This document shows, one piece after another, positions 1 to 15,473 of a DNA stretch of 64,000 bases. The position numbers were made by a program, and so were the translations under genes. Origin of the DNA: Eledone cirrhosa (Eukaryota); NCBI GenBank assembly GCA_964016885.1, contig OZ024750.1:19964001-20028000 (forward strand), in the 5' to 3' direction. The notes under the pieces are model-generated. The model saw nothing but the letters and a program-made list of their open reading frames with translations. It was not told where the DNA came from and made no database searches. The first letter of the stretch is position 1. Each line of letters opens with the position of its first letter.

Positions 1-536
1 ATTTAATAGAAACTTGATTTGTCAACAGTATAAACAGCGATAAATCCAAGAGTATTAATGAATTAGCCATGACAATAGTGGTTGTTAATGTTCGTTCTGC
101 TAGTGTAATAATTTACATGTTATCTATCAATCAGTATAGCTAATAATTGCTCCTGAAATATCACAGTAAATTCAAGGAAGTAAATAGATTTAAATATTAA
201 AGTTTAATTATATTCAAAACTTACAAACAATAATGATGAATCGGTTTCTGCTTTTATATATTTTTCTTAACGATAAACAAATCCTAAATTTGATTATCTT
301 TCTATTATCATATTGTAATCATTGTTGGATATTTGAAATAAATGTAAATATGAAATTACTATATCGTGCTTTATTAAATCTATTTAAATAATTGTTTATA
401 TCTACAACAACCTCTTATCCTTATACAATATTCTATATCATTCTTACTTTTCACAGCAAAATTATCCTATCACAATTGGATACTTGAAATATACTGGGTA
501 GTGTGCCACATCACCGTATGCTATAATGAATCTTAC

Positions 537-653
537 CTATTCTAAATTCCTGTAAGTATGCTTCTCGTCGTCCATAGTAAGGATGAAGGAATTGCAAAGT
601 AATTACAATCACATTTATACACGTAAACATGTAAGCAGCTTTTCTTCCGCTGA
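537..653 (-). CDS. Candidate internal exon of an unidentified host gene (phase 1-1)
   Basis: Minus strand has acceptor ttattttcag, a 117 bp open frame SGRKAAYMFTCINVIVITLQFLHPYYGRREAYLQEFRI and donor AG|gtaaga; the other two frames are closed. No protein family recognised. Confidence 0.4.
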
Positions 654-1720
654 CTGAAAATAATGATGAAACTGTATTGCCCATACATCTATGCAACTTA
701 AACTTATTTATATAAGTAATCGTGTCTGATTAGATACACGTTTCACTCGGCTTCAGGTAAACACTCTATTGGTTTATACAGATATAAATTTAGAGCGATC
801 ATTAGCTGTTTACTGTAGTTTCATACATATCTTGATTAGTTGGTTGAGTAATATCAAAATATGGTGGCTATCTATTTAGACTTTTATTGGAGGAAATTAT
901 ATTCCGGTTAAAATTTTGGCTATCTTTCTCATTCAATTTCGATTTTCAAAAATTATTCATGTTTCTAACATGTTTTCTTGTGATACGTGTTGCTGTCTTC
1001 TTCTACTCAATAACGCTTACACTATCTTAAGTGCATTAATAAAAGAAAAGAGAAACTATCAATTTCATGTGTTTATTACTTATATAGTTATAACATGATA
1101 AATCTACACTTCCTAGTTCTTGGGTGTATATATGTGTATTGCTTCCTACTACAAATCATGACATTCATTATTCTAAAATACCAAGCGAAAATACAAACAT
1201 TATAAATTTAGTTAGTTATAAGTGGATAAAAAATATATGAGAGAAAACAACAATATAACATCACATTCATGTTAGTAAATTTGATCTGACTATAGTTTAC
1301 AATAAACGTGGAAGAAAATGAATTATTTGATGTCGCTACGTATTTCTATAATTGTATCTACCTGCATAATTATGTTAAGGTATTTAAGGTGATCTATGTA
1401 ATACCTACCTACATTCAATCATTTTGTCTCATATTTATCTAATTTTAGTTCCTGTTTAAAAATTGTAAAACTATGGTAGGATTTGTTTTATTAATTTTAT
1501 TGCTGTTCTCTCAGTTATTGATATAATTATAATTTCCCATAACAGTGGAATCAGTAGCGTGAATTTTCAGACCGACGCTGTATGGTATTTATCTGTTTGA
1601 TGTGTTAAACATTATAAAATTATTGCCGATGAACAACTTTTGAACAGTTGTGATTTGATTACATACTTTTCTTTCAAATATATCAAATATATTAAAAACT
1701 ATTCGTACTGAATCCTCCTT

Positions 1721-2475
<755 letters not shown>

Positions 2476-2740
2476 TGTGTGTATAGAAATATATATGCTT
2501 GTATGTGTGTGTCTGAATGGCTCTCAAACACACTGTCTAAAGTATTTTCTGCTTCTATATATATTACTATTTATATATTAGAATGTATCTAATAAGCGAT
2601 ACCACCATTGATACTAGCAGAGTTAGTGTGTAGTGTAATGTATATAATACGTTTTCTACTGATGTCACTAGGGTGGTATCAACAAAAATGATGTAGTAAA
2701 TCATATCTATATATATCTATATATATCTATATATATATCT

Positions 2741-2771
<31 letters not shown>

Positions 2772-2788
2772 TATACATATATGGATAT

Positions 2789-2819
<31 letters not shown>

Positions 2820-3132
2820 CCACACAGGTGAGTACTGTGAATTACTATCAGCGCAACTGTCCGTGAATTTTCTAGGAGTTTGCCTCCAAAAATGTAATAT
2901 TTATGCATTTATAGAAAGCGATATAATAGAATTTTGAGCTCATTGAATTAAACAAATTGGGATGCTTTTCACCTCTATGTCCTCTGTGTTCGAATACTGA
3001 CGATGTCAGCACGGTCCATCATTCTTTTGTATTATTAGTTTATGATGATATTTTTCGTAGAAGGGCTAAACCACGCAAGGTTAAACAGTTAGTCTTTTTG
3101 CGCACAGACTCTGACACAGACAAATATTAACA

Positions 3133-3164
<32 letters not shown>

Positions 3165-3168
<4 letters not shown>

Positions 3169-3374
3169 GATAACAGATTAAAGTTTAAGCAAAGAATTGG
3201 TGCTTTCACCCTTAACGGGAACTTCTGAAGATCCCGTTAATGGTGAAAGCAGCGATTCTTTGCTTAAACTTTAATCTGATATTTTAATAAATATTTGCTA
3301 TACGGTTCCTATATATCTGATATCTATCCTTATCGAGCCCTCTTTGGATTTTAGTCTTCACATTTATTATTATT

Positions 3375-3377
<3 letters not shown>
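3165..3377 (+). mobile_element. Fold-back PLE-type 3' fragment with partial hammerhead
   Basis: Inverted arms 3174-3224/3228-3278 centred on cttctgaag; CTGAAGA at 3225-3231, short stem II, then GAAA; (TA)n on both sides. Confidence 0.65.
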
Positions 3378-3456
<79 letters not shown>

Positions 3457-3551
3457 CTTATATAAATATATGAGTCTCGAATTAGCTGTTGGAATGAGAA
3501 GAGCTGAGCTGTCGGGCCTTGATTCCTTATAATATATATATATATATATAT

Positions 3552-3823
3552 AAGTTATATTTAATTTGTTGGGATACAACAAGCAAATATTTTTATAACT
3601 GATATAAAGCACTCGACAAATTTTTGGAGTAAAAACAAAATATATTAACAAATGGAAACTATATTTATAAAACCATATTTATTTCATTTTACATATTTCA
3701 AGGACACCAAAGCAAATTATGCTGCGCTTTAATGAAAGGGTACCATAATTTGCTTTGGTGTCCTTGAAATATGTATAATTAAATAAATATGGTTTTATAA
3801 ATATAGTTTCCATTTGTTAATAT

Positions 3824-3828
<5 letters not shown>
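3552..3828 (-). mobile_element. Asymmetric fold-back element, same family as 25357, 38553 and 60725
   Basis: Arms ~3639-3730/3735-3826; shares the atggttttataaatatagtttcc and aagttatattta..tgttggg ends; stem II aagggtacca/tggtgtcctt, GAAA, tatgta, TA. Confidence 0.8.
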
Positions 3829-3891
<63 letters not shown>

Positions 3892-4172
3892 TCATAAATT
3901 ATGTCCATAGAATCATTTGCTAAAATATATACACTATTTCCTCTCCCAAATGACCACATAAAAAATCAATTAGACCAGGCTATAAGAATAAAGGCTTCTA
4001 TGAAGAACTATTTGATAAATAAACGACAGCAGCCTCTTCGCGGCCGACCGCAATAGAATATTTACCCAACATTTCAACAGCATGTAGAAATCGACTAAAT
4101 ATACCGTCAACCATACACAATTAGGTATAAATTTAAAGTTAGAAGAAATGCGTACACTCTTACCATGATTAT

Positions 4173-4251
4173 GTCCCTACCCTGGGGTTTCGTTCGCGTT
4201 TTGAGATATCCTATTAAGGATAAATCTCGAGTATCGAACTCATCAGGAGAC
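4173..4251 (-). ncRNA. Type I hammerhead ribozyme, canonical core
   Basis: Minus strand reads gtctc CTGATGA gttcg...(long stem II)...cgaac GAAA ccccaggg TA gggac; stems I, II and III all pair; GUA cleavage triplet. Confidence 0.85.
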
Positions 4252-4457
4252 AAACTCATAGGACAGTTAGTTTTCCAAAGCGATCCCCGCCAGAAATAGA
4301 TTAAAAAATGGCTAAGAATCGTGACGTGGCAGTGGTCAAGTTAGAAAGAATGTGATTAGTTGCTTACGGCGAGTGGGCTGGTTGCTAGAAAGCGCAGCCC
4401 AATATTGCCCAAATTGCATCTCGACCTAATGGGAGATTATTAATATATATATTATTA

Positions 4458-4647
4458 GGGCGGTGAATTGGCAGTATCGGTAGAGGGTTGGACGCCATGC
4501 TTTGACGCATAGAGTTACGGCCCTTGCCATTCTGAGTTCAAATCCCGCCGAGGTTAACTTTGCCTTTCATCCTTATGGGGTCGATAAAATAAAGTACCAG
4601 TAATGTACTGGGTAATTGCTGGCCTTGTGCCAAAAGTAGAAACAATT
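4458..4647 (+). mobile_element. tRNA-derived SINE (Meta/MESC-type core)
   Basis: A-box-like tggcagtatcgg, B-box gagttcaaatcc, core gcctttcatcc..ggggtcgataaaataaagtaccag; TSD taatatatatattatta. Confidence 0.9.
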
Positions 4648-5035
4648 AATATATATATTATTAATATTATTAATATATATATTATTAATATTATTAATAT
4701 ATAGATTATTAATATATATATATATATATATGTGTATATATAGGTATATATATATATATATGTGTGTGTGGGGGGGTGTTTGTGTGTGTAACTATGCGAA
4801 AAATGAATTGAAGCAACACAACGAAAGGATAAGTTACATGGATACTTAAACACTTAGAATAATATGTAAAATGGCTTAAAGATTCAGTCCTTCATTAGAT
4901 AGTAAAATATGAAATACAAAAAGAAAGAGGTGTATGTTTGTGGATGTATGACAGCTTCCACACGGTTTATGTTGAATCAATTTCACACTGTGGTCTGGTT
5001 GTCCATGGGATATAATTGAATACACACACACACAG

Positions 5036-5106
<71 letters not shown>

Positions 5107-5121
5107 TATTTATGCTTTAAA

Positions 5122-5514
5122 GGGCGGTGAATTGGCAGTATCGGGAGAGGGTCGGGCGTCATGCTTTGCAGCACACTTACGTCCCTTTACAGACTGAGTT
5201 CAAATCCCGCCGATGTTAACTTTGCCTTTCATCCTTACGGGGTCGTTAAAATAAAGTACCAGTAATACACTGGTATAATTGCTGGCCTTGTGACAAAATT
5301 ATAAACAATTATTTATGCTTTAAAGGGTGGTGGATTGGCAGTATCGGTAGAGGGTCGGACGCCATGCTTTGACGCATAGAGTTACGGCCCTTGCCATTCT
5401 GAGTTCAAATCCCGTCGAGGCTAACTTTGCCTTTCATCCTCACGGGGTCGACAAAATAAAGTGCCAGAAATGCACTGGGTAATTGCTGGTCTTGTGCCAA
5501 AACGTAGAAACAAT
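5122..5514 (+). mobile_element. Two tandem SINE copies (5122-5309, 5325-5514)
   Basis: Same SINE family; 15 bp tatttatgYtttaaa at 5107-5121, 5310-5324 and 5515-5529. Confidence 0.9.
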
Positions 5515-5769
5515 TATTTATGTTTTAAATATTCAAATAACTGGGATTTGGTTCTACTATCTACTATTGTCCTTTGAGTGAATTTCGTATCAGAAGACAT
5601 TAAACTACAACTTAAGATTTAATGGGAACTTTTAAATTGCTATTACCGGAAACTCTTCACTTCTTGACATTTATATTATATTTATATAGAGCTGTAACAT
5701 TTAAAGCGGAGTCATTCATATTTAATACAAATTTATGGGAATTAGAATCAAGATATTCTGAAAATATTT

Positions 5770-5803
<34 letters not shown>

Positions 5804-5824
5804 CGCACACACATACACACACAC

Positions 5825-5862
<38 letters not shown>

Positions 5863-6023
5863 CAAATTTGAAATTACTGGAAGTGTTAGGGGCTTGAATG
5901 GTTACTAGGTTGAAATAATAATTTTTTTAATACGAACTGTTGAATAAATATTCCATATACACTGGCGCACTTACAGAGAAGCACACATAAGCACTCAGAC
6001 GTACACACGCACACACACCTATA

Positions 6024-6093
<70 letters not shown>

Positions 6094-6639
6094 AAGTGAT
6101 AATAAAATGGACGAAGCGTTAGATCGTCATTACGCTACTGTAGGGGTGACGCGCGTTTCGGGATTGATCAGTTCAAGGTTCAATTTGTAACGATCCGACT
6201 CGACTCTTGAAACAAAAGCTCATCCAACTTCTGCTATGTTGTAATGAGAGAATCATTCATATGCGCCCCCCCCCCCACACACACACACACCATCGCCCCT
6301 CCCACACACATACATATAGGCATAAATATATATATATATGTAACATAGTGTTGTAGTTTGCTTGAAGCATTGTTGAATAGGAAATATAAATTTAAATAAT
6401 TCTGAAAACCATATATTGCATTAGAACATTAGAAGCGTCAAGATATCAGTAGAATCGTATCCTAGCAAATTTAATAACCCAGAATATGGTCGGGTTTAAA
6501 ACCTCCTTACCAAGGGAGTATACCTGTGAGAGTCATAAAGGAGCGACCGGAGATAATTTGTTAGAATTATTAAATTAGCTGAGGTATGACTCTGTTATCT
6601 TGGCACTTATTTTCTAATGCATTGTATGGTAGTCAAAAT

Positions 6640-7192
<553 letters not shown>

Positions 7193-7220
7193 ACGCGGGG
7201 TCAAATGTTATGTAATAATA

Positions 7221-7612
7221 GTTTCTTATATAGACACAAGGCAATCACATTTGAGGGAGGTGAAAGTCGATTAAATTGACCCAGGGCGGGACTGGTACTT
7301 TTATTTTATTGACCCTTAAGGATGAAAGACAAAGTTAACCTCGGCGAAATTTGAACTCACACCATAAAGGGCCCTAACTCTATGTTGCAAAGCATGGCCT
7401 CCGACCCTCTACCGATACTTCCAATCCAGTGGATTGGCAGTATCGATAGAGAGTCGGACACCATGCTTAGCAGCATCGTTACGGCCCTTTACGGTCCAAG
7501 TTCAAATCCCGCCGAGGTTAACTTTATCTTACATCCTTACGGGGTGGATAAAATAAAGTACCAGTAATGTACCGGGATAAATGATGCCCTTGTGCCAAAA
7601 GTAGAAACAATT
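7221..7612. mobile_element. Head-to-head SINE pair (7221-7428 minus, 7430-7612 plus)
   Basis: Junction ccaatcca-g-tggattgg; the minus copy has the longer-tail variant also seen at 57232. Confidence 0.88.
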
Positions 7613-9745
7613 ATTAATTTGCATCGCATAGATATAGTTGTACTTATGTTTTTGCGTGTATATGCAGGCTTGATTATTCGAATTTATATTCGTATGATAT
7701 CGTATTGGCGATTGTACATAATATATTCAGTTTATTAAACTTCACATTTAACTAGAATAAGTTCATGTTATATAGCCATTCACTTATATACTTACATTTT
7801 ATTCCTATAGATCATTCGTGTATAATAGAAGAGTAATGGGAATACATTTTACATCATAATCGCATATTCAGGAGAATTTTGAACCGACCTTTACTTGCTC
7901 TCCTATGTGAAACTTTCTATACATCTAAATTTCTAATTAATTAAAGTCTTTTAGATATAACGATCGTTTAGATATATACGCATAAATGTTATCAAATGAA
8001 TGAATGGAACATTATACGTCATATTAGATCATTATGTAACACCAGTGTATTCTTAGAGCCATTAGCAAACATCATTCGTTCGGGCTGTGAATTCTGATAT
8101 TGCCGAGGTCAACTTCACCTCTTCACCTTTCATTCTTCCGCACTCAATAAATAAAGCAACGGTCAAGACTTGCGTTCATTTCTTCTATATCCTTTCCGCA
8201 CATTCTTTCGCTGACTCTCTGTCTGTATGCCTATCTGTCGACTGTCTGCCCCATCTCTCTCTCTCTTTCACTCTCTCGCTCTAGAAGGAATCATCAATGT
8301 TCCGACATGTATCTTGATCGACTGGGCATAGCTTAAAATTGCCAAGGCAGGTCGTGTGTCCAGACTTCACCACTGTGTCGCAGTTAGAAGTGAAGTTATC
8401 TTGTCTGTTTGCATTGAAATGCTATGATCATCATGTTAATAATATATTTGCAACGACTAATGCAGTTCTGATTTTTCACAATATCACGCTGAATGAACCG
8501 AAAATTTGCTTGTCTATAGAATTCTTTGCCGGTAAAATTCATGGGAAAACTGTTCCCTTCCCTTGCTTGGAGAACTGGTGCGTCATTGGCTCAGCAAATT
8601 AATATATGTATTTATGTAAATGCGTTTCTGTGTTCTTCTATGTTGATAGGATACATTACTCCCAAAATACTGTTATTATGTATTAAGTTTACCGCTTTAA
8701 ATTCCTATTAATTCTTGTTCAAATTTCAACATTTATTTAGGATTATAACACACCTAATCATGACGGTATTTAGAGAATTCCGTTAATGTTACAGATAAGA
8801 AATTGAATAATGTAAACACATTAAAGCCCTCGTGTATTCGCTCATTGAAACGCCTGTCACAAATATAAATTATTATTTCCGTCGTTCTCTACGTTGTTTA
8901 TCCTATCGGGATTCCTTCAAATAAACTGTAAGCACTATAATTATCACTTTCTTCTTATGTAACGTATATTTATTACATTAACATATAATTACAGGTTCAT
9001 TGAGGAAGGTGGTCTCCTATAAACGAATATGTTATATTAACATTTTAATTTCTAAATTCCTTCCACCACTTCTAGCATTACCTCTGTTTAATCAGTTTTT
9101 ATCACGCCAAGCTTCTCCTATTCATAGAAGTTATGATTAGAGTATTATATATCTTTCTTAATCAATAAGTTTACAATAAGCTAAATTACATTCCAAAATT
9201 GTCTTAATTTTATAAAGATTTTATTGAAAATACACATTTTTTAAACTTGGTTGTTAACTAGAAAATAAAAAAAATGATTTATTGAATAAATACACATAGG
9301 TTTGTTATATTCATATATATTTTTATGAAAACATTCAGTTCTATATATTTGTCTATGATCCAGACGCAAAGTGAAATGAATGAGGGAAAAAAGAACTTTC
9401 CGTTTACAAGTGAAGAAGAGAATTCGCGTGGGGAACTACCAGCGATACTCACTGAATTAGCCATTCAGCATCAACGGGCTGGTCCTAATTCTGGTCAAGT
9501 TCCCTCCTCTCGATTTTGAGGAGGAAACCGGCTGTCTGGTTCAGAGATAACCGGGGCATCACAGGACAGCAACTGACACAAGAATGAAACGGTCAATTGA
9601 ATCGTGGTATTTAGGTATATTCCGCACGGCTGCAAAGGTATATATGTCACATGTGCGATTCCAGGAATATACGAGACAATCCAATACTCTCATATTCTGC
9701 CCATGCAAACATTCCGATCTCCCCCTCTCTCTCTCTCTCTCTCTC

Positions 9746-9847
<102 letters not shown>

Positions 9848-10229
9848 ATACTATCTTGTGTATTGACAAATCCATTGATATATAGACATGTTTTAGGTGT
9901 TCATAAATATAAACATGTTATGATACATGATTCCTTCCACATGGATTTCGAAAGTGTTCAAATCAACATGTAAAATGCCACCTCAAATGTTACTTTAAGT
10001 GATCGCCAATTATTATATGGATTTCCATAGGAACGAATATATTTCTAATTTCTTATTGCATTATCTAATGTATTGTTACATACACAATTATATCGGCATA
10101 TTTCCAGTTTGCATAAATAGACACATATTACAATAACCGGTTTAAATATGTAGCATTGGAAAATATGGATATTTGAAATATACCCGTCCCGGCGCAGATG
10201 ATTACAATACCAGTCAATCAGAAAATAAT

Positions 10230-10600
10230 AATTGAAAATTGTGAGACCAGAAGAAGGTTTTCAATATTGTATATAGTGATTGAATATTAATATAATCATC
10301 TGTGTAGTGACAACTATGTTTCAATTTCCATATAATACATTTTGTGTTTTATGGGTCACTAATATATAAACAGGATGAGAATAAACATATAATATCATGT
10401 TGCTTTGACAAGCATTCGGAAAATTTGAAATATAGTCGTTTCCACGCAGATATAGCAAAAACCTGGTGTCGAGAATCCTCCAGAACTTTCATACGCTGTC
10501 AAAATATCTGAGACTTCTACATGATGTGGATGTAGATCTTTTCAAGAATTATCTTTGTATTCTGCTATCCAATATCCCAAATTAACCCACAACAGCGACA
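10230..10600 (+). pseudogene. Degraded LINE ORF2 C-terminus (CR1/L2 group)
   Basis: ETRRRFSILYI and HTLSKYLRLLHDVDVDLFKNYLCILLSNIPN*PT resemble the LERRR..II / FN.LP..LR......FK..LD..L...PD.P end of these LINEs. Confidence 0.5.
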
Positions 10601-13509
10601 CACTACTTGTTACATAAATTGACAAACAAGGTGTTAGAAACGCAGCGACAATGGTAGTGCCCCAGAATTGCCTCTACCAGTCGAATATATACGCATATTC
10701 TCTTTCACTCATACTCTTTAATATTTACAATGGCGCATTTTCTCACCGAGTTTTAGAAATACAGCTTTAAATCATTGACAGAAAATGTCAAAAAATCGAA
10801 ATCTCAAAACTGCTGCAAGGAGAATATCATCATCTTCCTCGAATATATGATAGACAACATATTTCAGAAATGGTTCCATTCTCTGGGGAAATTGAGATAC
10901 GAATTGTTGCAGCATACATATAAAGATTATGGTTGGCAATATATTATAATGAAAATGTCTGTAGCAAATCAAAATTAACATTTAAATTCAATATATTACT
11001 GTGTCTATCAATCAATAAGGGAGTCTCTATTAGACATAGAACAATACTCTAAAAATTATAAATATAAAAAAAGAAGCTAATATATTTTACTTAAAGCTCA
11101 TGGGAAAGATATTGCAAAGTGACAAATTTAAATTTGGTTGGGGAGATATATTTTGTTATTTCTACGTATTTCGAATATAGATTTAAATGGTAATACACAT
11201 ATAGGCTTTAGCCATTTAAATTTCATTAACTTCGTAAATTATGTTATGTTTTCCAATCTATTAACCTAAGTTATGACAGTTTCAGCCGAAAAGGAAAAAC
11301 GTATATACAAACATCATAAAATGTTGATCTTATTAAAGAGGATCACTCCATATTTTTTCCTCGATGTTGGATTTTTTCATGTATCTCATCTTCAATTCAA
11401 CCATAGTTCTTAACGAACAGCATATTAACATGACTGTGTCAAAGTGTTATCCAGAATATTAGAGCTAGGATGAGTCAGATAATTTCTTTTTAACTATTTC
11501 ATGGCAAACCTATAAGGAAATGTGCGTTGGTATAGTTTCAGGAAGTTATATTTGATATTCATGAAGTGTATATTTGAAGACACGTTTCTAATTGCATGCA
11601 GTTTTAAACAGTCGTAGAAAATAAGACAGTTATGTTGAAATTTGATAAGATATTGTTGGTTCATATACGCCGTATTGTGATACGTGACAGCTATTTAATG
11701 CACATATGAACATTAAATCTCCATTTAACTAGGAACTAAAAGAGCTGCCTTAATTAGCAGATAGTGTGTTCTGGTGCGTTTTAACATCTTTATTTTACTG
11801 TTATTCATTGTTATTGCATTTTGCTTATATGGAGAACTCCTGATGTACAATATTATATTGGAGTGTGAAATTCAGCCGCTTTAGATTATTGACCATGTAA
11901 TAGTCAGTCAAATTCATATATTTAACATGAAAACAGTCTAAAGAAATTCAACTTTTAGACGTAATGTGTTGTAAAAAGTATGAATCAAATTCATCAGGAG
12001 GCTATGAAAAGGAAATGTTTCAATTTTGAAAACATCAGTATTTTTTACGAGGAAGAGATATCAATAGTGAACATAATCAAGTTTCATTGAAGAATGTCTA
12101 TTTAGGTTCTGCTGCAGATATGTTTCAAAAGATCTCGTTTTTTGAAAGAAAGCTTACATTGGATCAATGTCCCATAAAATCAATACTTCCTGAATTAACC
12201 GCAGTGTATCAACATTTATATAACAATTATCTCAATTTGCTAATACGGAACTATATTTCCGAATACAATTTATACATGATAATATAGTGTATGTGCCTGA
12301 TCGAGCGTGTGCACGCACGCATATTTGTGTACTACCATGCTACCCGTGAATAATGATCTGTATTATATAAGAATAGAGTACGTTAAGGAGAAATATGTCA
12401 GTGTAAATTCAAAGCAATTGTTTCCTGATGTATGAAATAATTTCTCAACTCATTTCGTTTACCAAGCTTTCCTTGGCTATTTGTAATTTTCAATGCGTAA
12501 TGGAAATCCGATCTTATATTACAGGGCCCCACTTAACATTGATCGTGACTGAAACGTTTGGAGTGGGAATAAGCGTACTTCAGTGATAAAACAGGGATAT
12601 CAGGAAATCATATTATTCTCAATGTGAATGGTAACGTTCTTCGGATTAAGTTTTAAAATAAACAGAAAGGAAAATTACACGCCCCACGCATGTAGATTTA
12701 TCTTACCTTCTACGATGTTGGATTTCACAGGAAGTTTCTAATATGCTCTAATGACAGGGACACTGATCCCATCAAGAGATGACATATCTTACACAAGAAC
12801 ATAAAGCACCATCTGATTACTGAACCTGATACATGGCCGTATAATTGTGTTTCCAATACCCTTAACAATAGGATACATGTTTACATTAATTCTTCGAAAG
12901 CGTAATTCACTGCTGCCCTTTTTCTGTTAGTATGCCAATATGGCTCTAATGTTAATTCAATGATATGACGACCCGAGCAGTATCATTTAAAAATCCTATC
13001 AGTAGTTACAGGTTCGGAATATGGTTTTCTTTAAATTTTAGTTCGTAGAGGGGGTGGGGTATTACGAAAATTACCATACAAGGATTTAACTTATTTGTAG
13101 TGGGTAGCTTTTACTGAATAAGATTTTGAGGTATAGAGTCTTCGTCGACTAATTCCCTTTTGGCATGGGACAGTTTGATTTGTTCTTGACCGTTTTCTTA
13201 ATAAAATACACTTTATTTCATTTAGTTAAGGCTGAAATTTGTGAGATTTATTCCATTCATTAATTAGATCTTTATTAAGAGAGTAATTTGACATGTGGTA
13301 CTTATATAATTACATTCAAAGATTTTATTTTAAATAAAAACTATTTGGTATGTGTTTCAAATGCGGTTTTGGCCAGACAGGTATCCAATGTGTTCAAATA
13401 GCTCTTATGTACAACATACGTTCTCTCAAAAATAAATATAGATTAACAGATGGAATAAAAGAATGTATAGAGTAGATTTCAATATGATAACATATCAATG
13501 CCGACTCAT

Positions 13510-13930
13510 CTCATATAACCGAATTAAACGCTCTCTTACATACTTGTATGCTTGCATCAACAGAAGAAAAGGTAAATTTACTGCATGGATTATATATTAA
13601 ACGCAAAGAAGCATGTAATACATCCCAGATGACTAAAGATTACCTTTCCATAAAATTATATAAAAATATATGGCATAGGATACAGTAAATAAAAATAAAA
13701 CAAAAAAGCAATACGCCTACAAACATTCGAATGCTTGAAATAGCACAAAATATCTGCGTGAAATAATATATCAATAATGTATAGCATTAGGCTGATACAG
13801 TTATCTAAAAACAACGACTTTGAAGAGAACCAGGAAATTCTCTATAGAATAATATCGGTAACAACATAGAAGTAGATAAGATATTCTCTAAAGACAGAAA
13901 AAATATAGAAACATTTCGGAAACCCTATTT
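13510..13930 (+). pseudogene. Degraded R4/Dong-like non-LTR ORF fragment
   Basis: HITELNALLH, KNNDFEENQEILYRI and IETFRKP resemble the pre-RT motifs ITELN.L.Y, QN..F..NQK.FYR and IE.FW; many stops. Confidence 0.35.
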
Positions 13931-15473
13931 GATAAAATGTATAAAGAAAATATTAAACTGTGCACGCATGAACATATAAATGGCTGTAGAAACAATAGAA
14001 ACTGAAATACCATCACCTGAAATTATTCTACAATATAACTAGAGACTATAAACAAGTTGTAATGCGTCAAACATCATGTCGTTACATGGTAAAAGGAAAA
14101 TGACCTTTTCTCATTACGGAGTTGTAGGGCTGGCGCTATAACATAGGGGTTTTCTGTGCATTTGATCCTAGCGTCCCCCTCCATTGCCGGAGGTGTCGCA
14201 GCCGATTTCTTACAGAGAAAGAGAAGGTGAATGAGATAGAAGAAGATTAGGACACAGGATTTGTCTAGTACTTTATTTATCGGCCACGAAATGATGACAA
14301 GCAAAGATAAACTGGGTTGGAATTGGAACCCAAAGAGACGAGAACTGGAACAAATACCAATTCGCCAATTTCTGTTAACATTACAATTAAACAATATAGA
14401 TAGGACAAGAAATCCCTAATAAAGAAATCATTATATATATAAATGTCGCCTATCATGTGCCGTCGTTCCTAATATGTATCCTCAGAAAATACTCACATAT
14501 CTCATAAGACATCTTCCATCCGTTTCGACGACAATCAATCAGCTTTTCGATCATCTGAGTGTCCAACATTTGGATCAGTGTGTATGTAATTAGAGTATTA
14601 CATAGACAGATTCACAGTTAATGTAATTTTCAAGCAGATCCAGCTCCACACAATATGTGGCAGGGCTGGTCTTATGACTTATAGGTAAAATTCATCCGAT
14701 GGGCTTCTATATATTAAGTGACTGTTGGTAATAGGGAAAGGGGGTGAAGTAATTATTCACATTGACACTGGGTACACATTTTATCCAAGAAAACATATAT
14801 TCCCAAATATGTAAGTAGTATCTTTTGTCGATTGATATGTTAAATCGACAAGAATGCAACATATTTTTCAATAAAAAAAATACTTAAAGAATTTATTTAT
14901 TTCAGTTCAGATATCACGGAAATTAATGTTTTATTAAGCAACTCTTCAAGATTAATTTTTGATGCATATGGTATACAAATACATTCCATTCTGTCTGCTT
15001 AATACATAATAATTTATTCGCTTTTCCCGATATCAAATCCAATAAATAATTGTGTATCTAAAATGTCTGAACCATCTTCTGTGATTTATCAAGTGATAAA
15101 ATAATCAACAAAAGATGATTTTTACAAATTAATCTTGTGCTTTATATAATACCACATATGTCATTGAGTTCAAGCCTACATCTCAGACGACCAAGCTATG
15201 GTTTCATAAAACAAAAATGTAAAATATAAAATCAATGGCTTTCTAAGTTTCATAGAGCATACCAAAATGGGTGTACAATAGTGGTGAGGGGGGTTTCAGG
15301 TCAATAGTTGACGCATTGGGTACACTTTCGGGAAACAATACTCAAGTCAATTCAGTTGCTTATATTGAGCTGTTTGTTAGCAAACGATCAGCCAAATCAC
15401 AATATATGACATGCCGTATAATCCCAAATGTTTGTAACGCTCAAACTCTTGAGGGTTATTTAATGAGATGTTA

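Noticed and set aside
3038-3087. Degenerate HHR-like folds (also ~43790-43857, ~44337-44378, ~54624-54670)
   Set aside because: Two or more core nucleotides mutated; cannot be distinguished from chance by eye.
4458-4550. tRNA gene (A and B boxes)
   Set aside because: SINE head; no cloverleaf, followed by SINE core and TSD.
9360-9720. GC-richer segment as a minus-strand exon
   Set aside because: All three frames are closed between the candidate splice sites.
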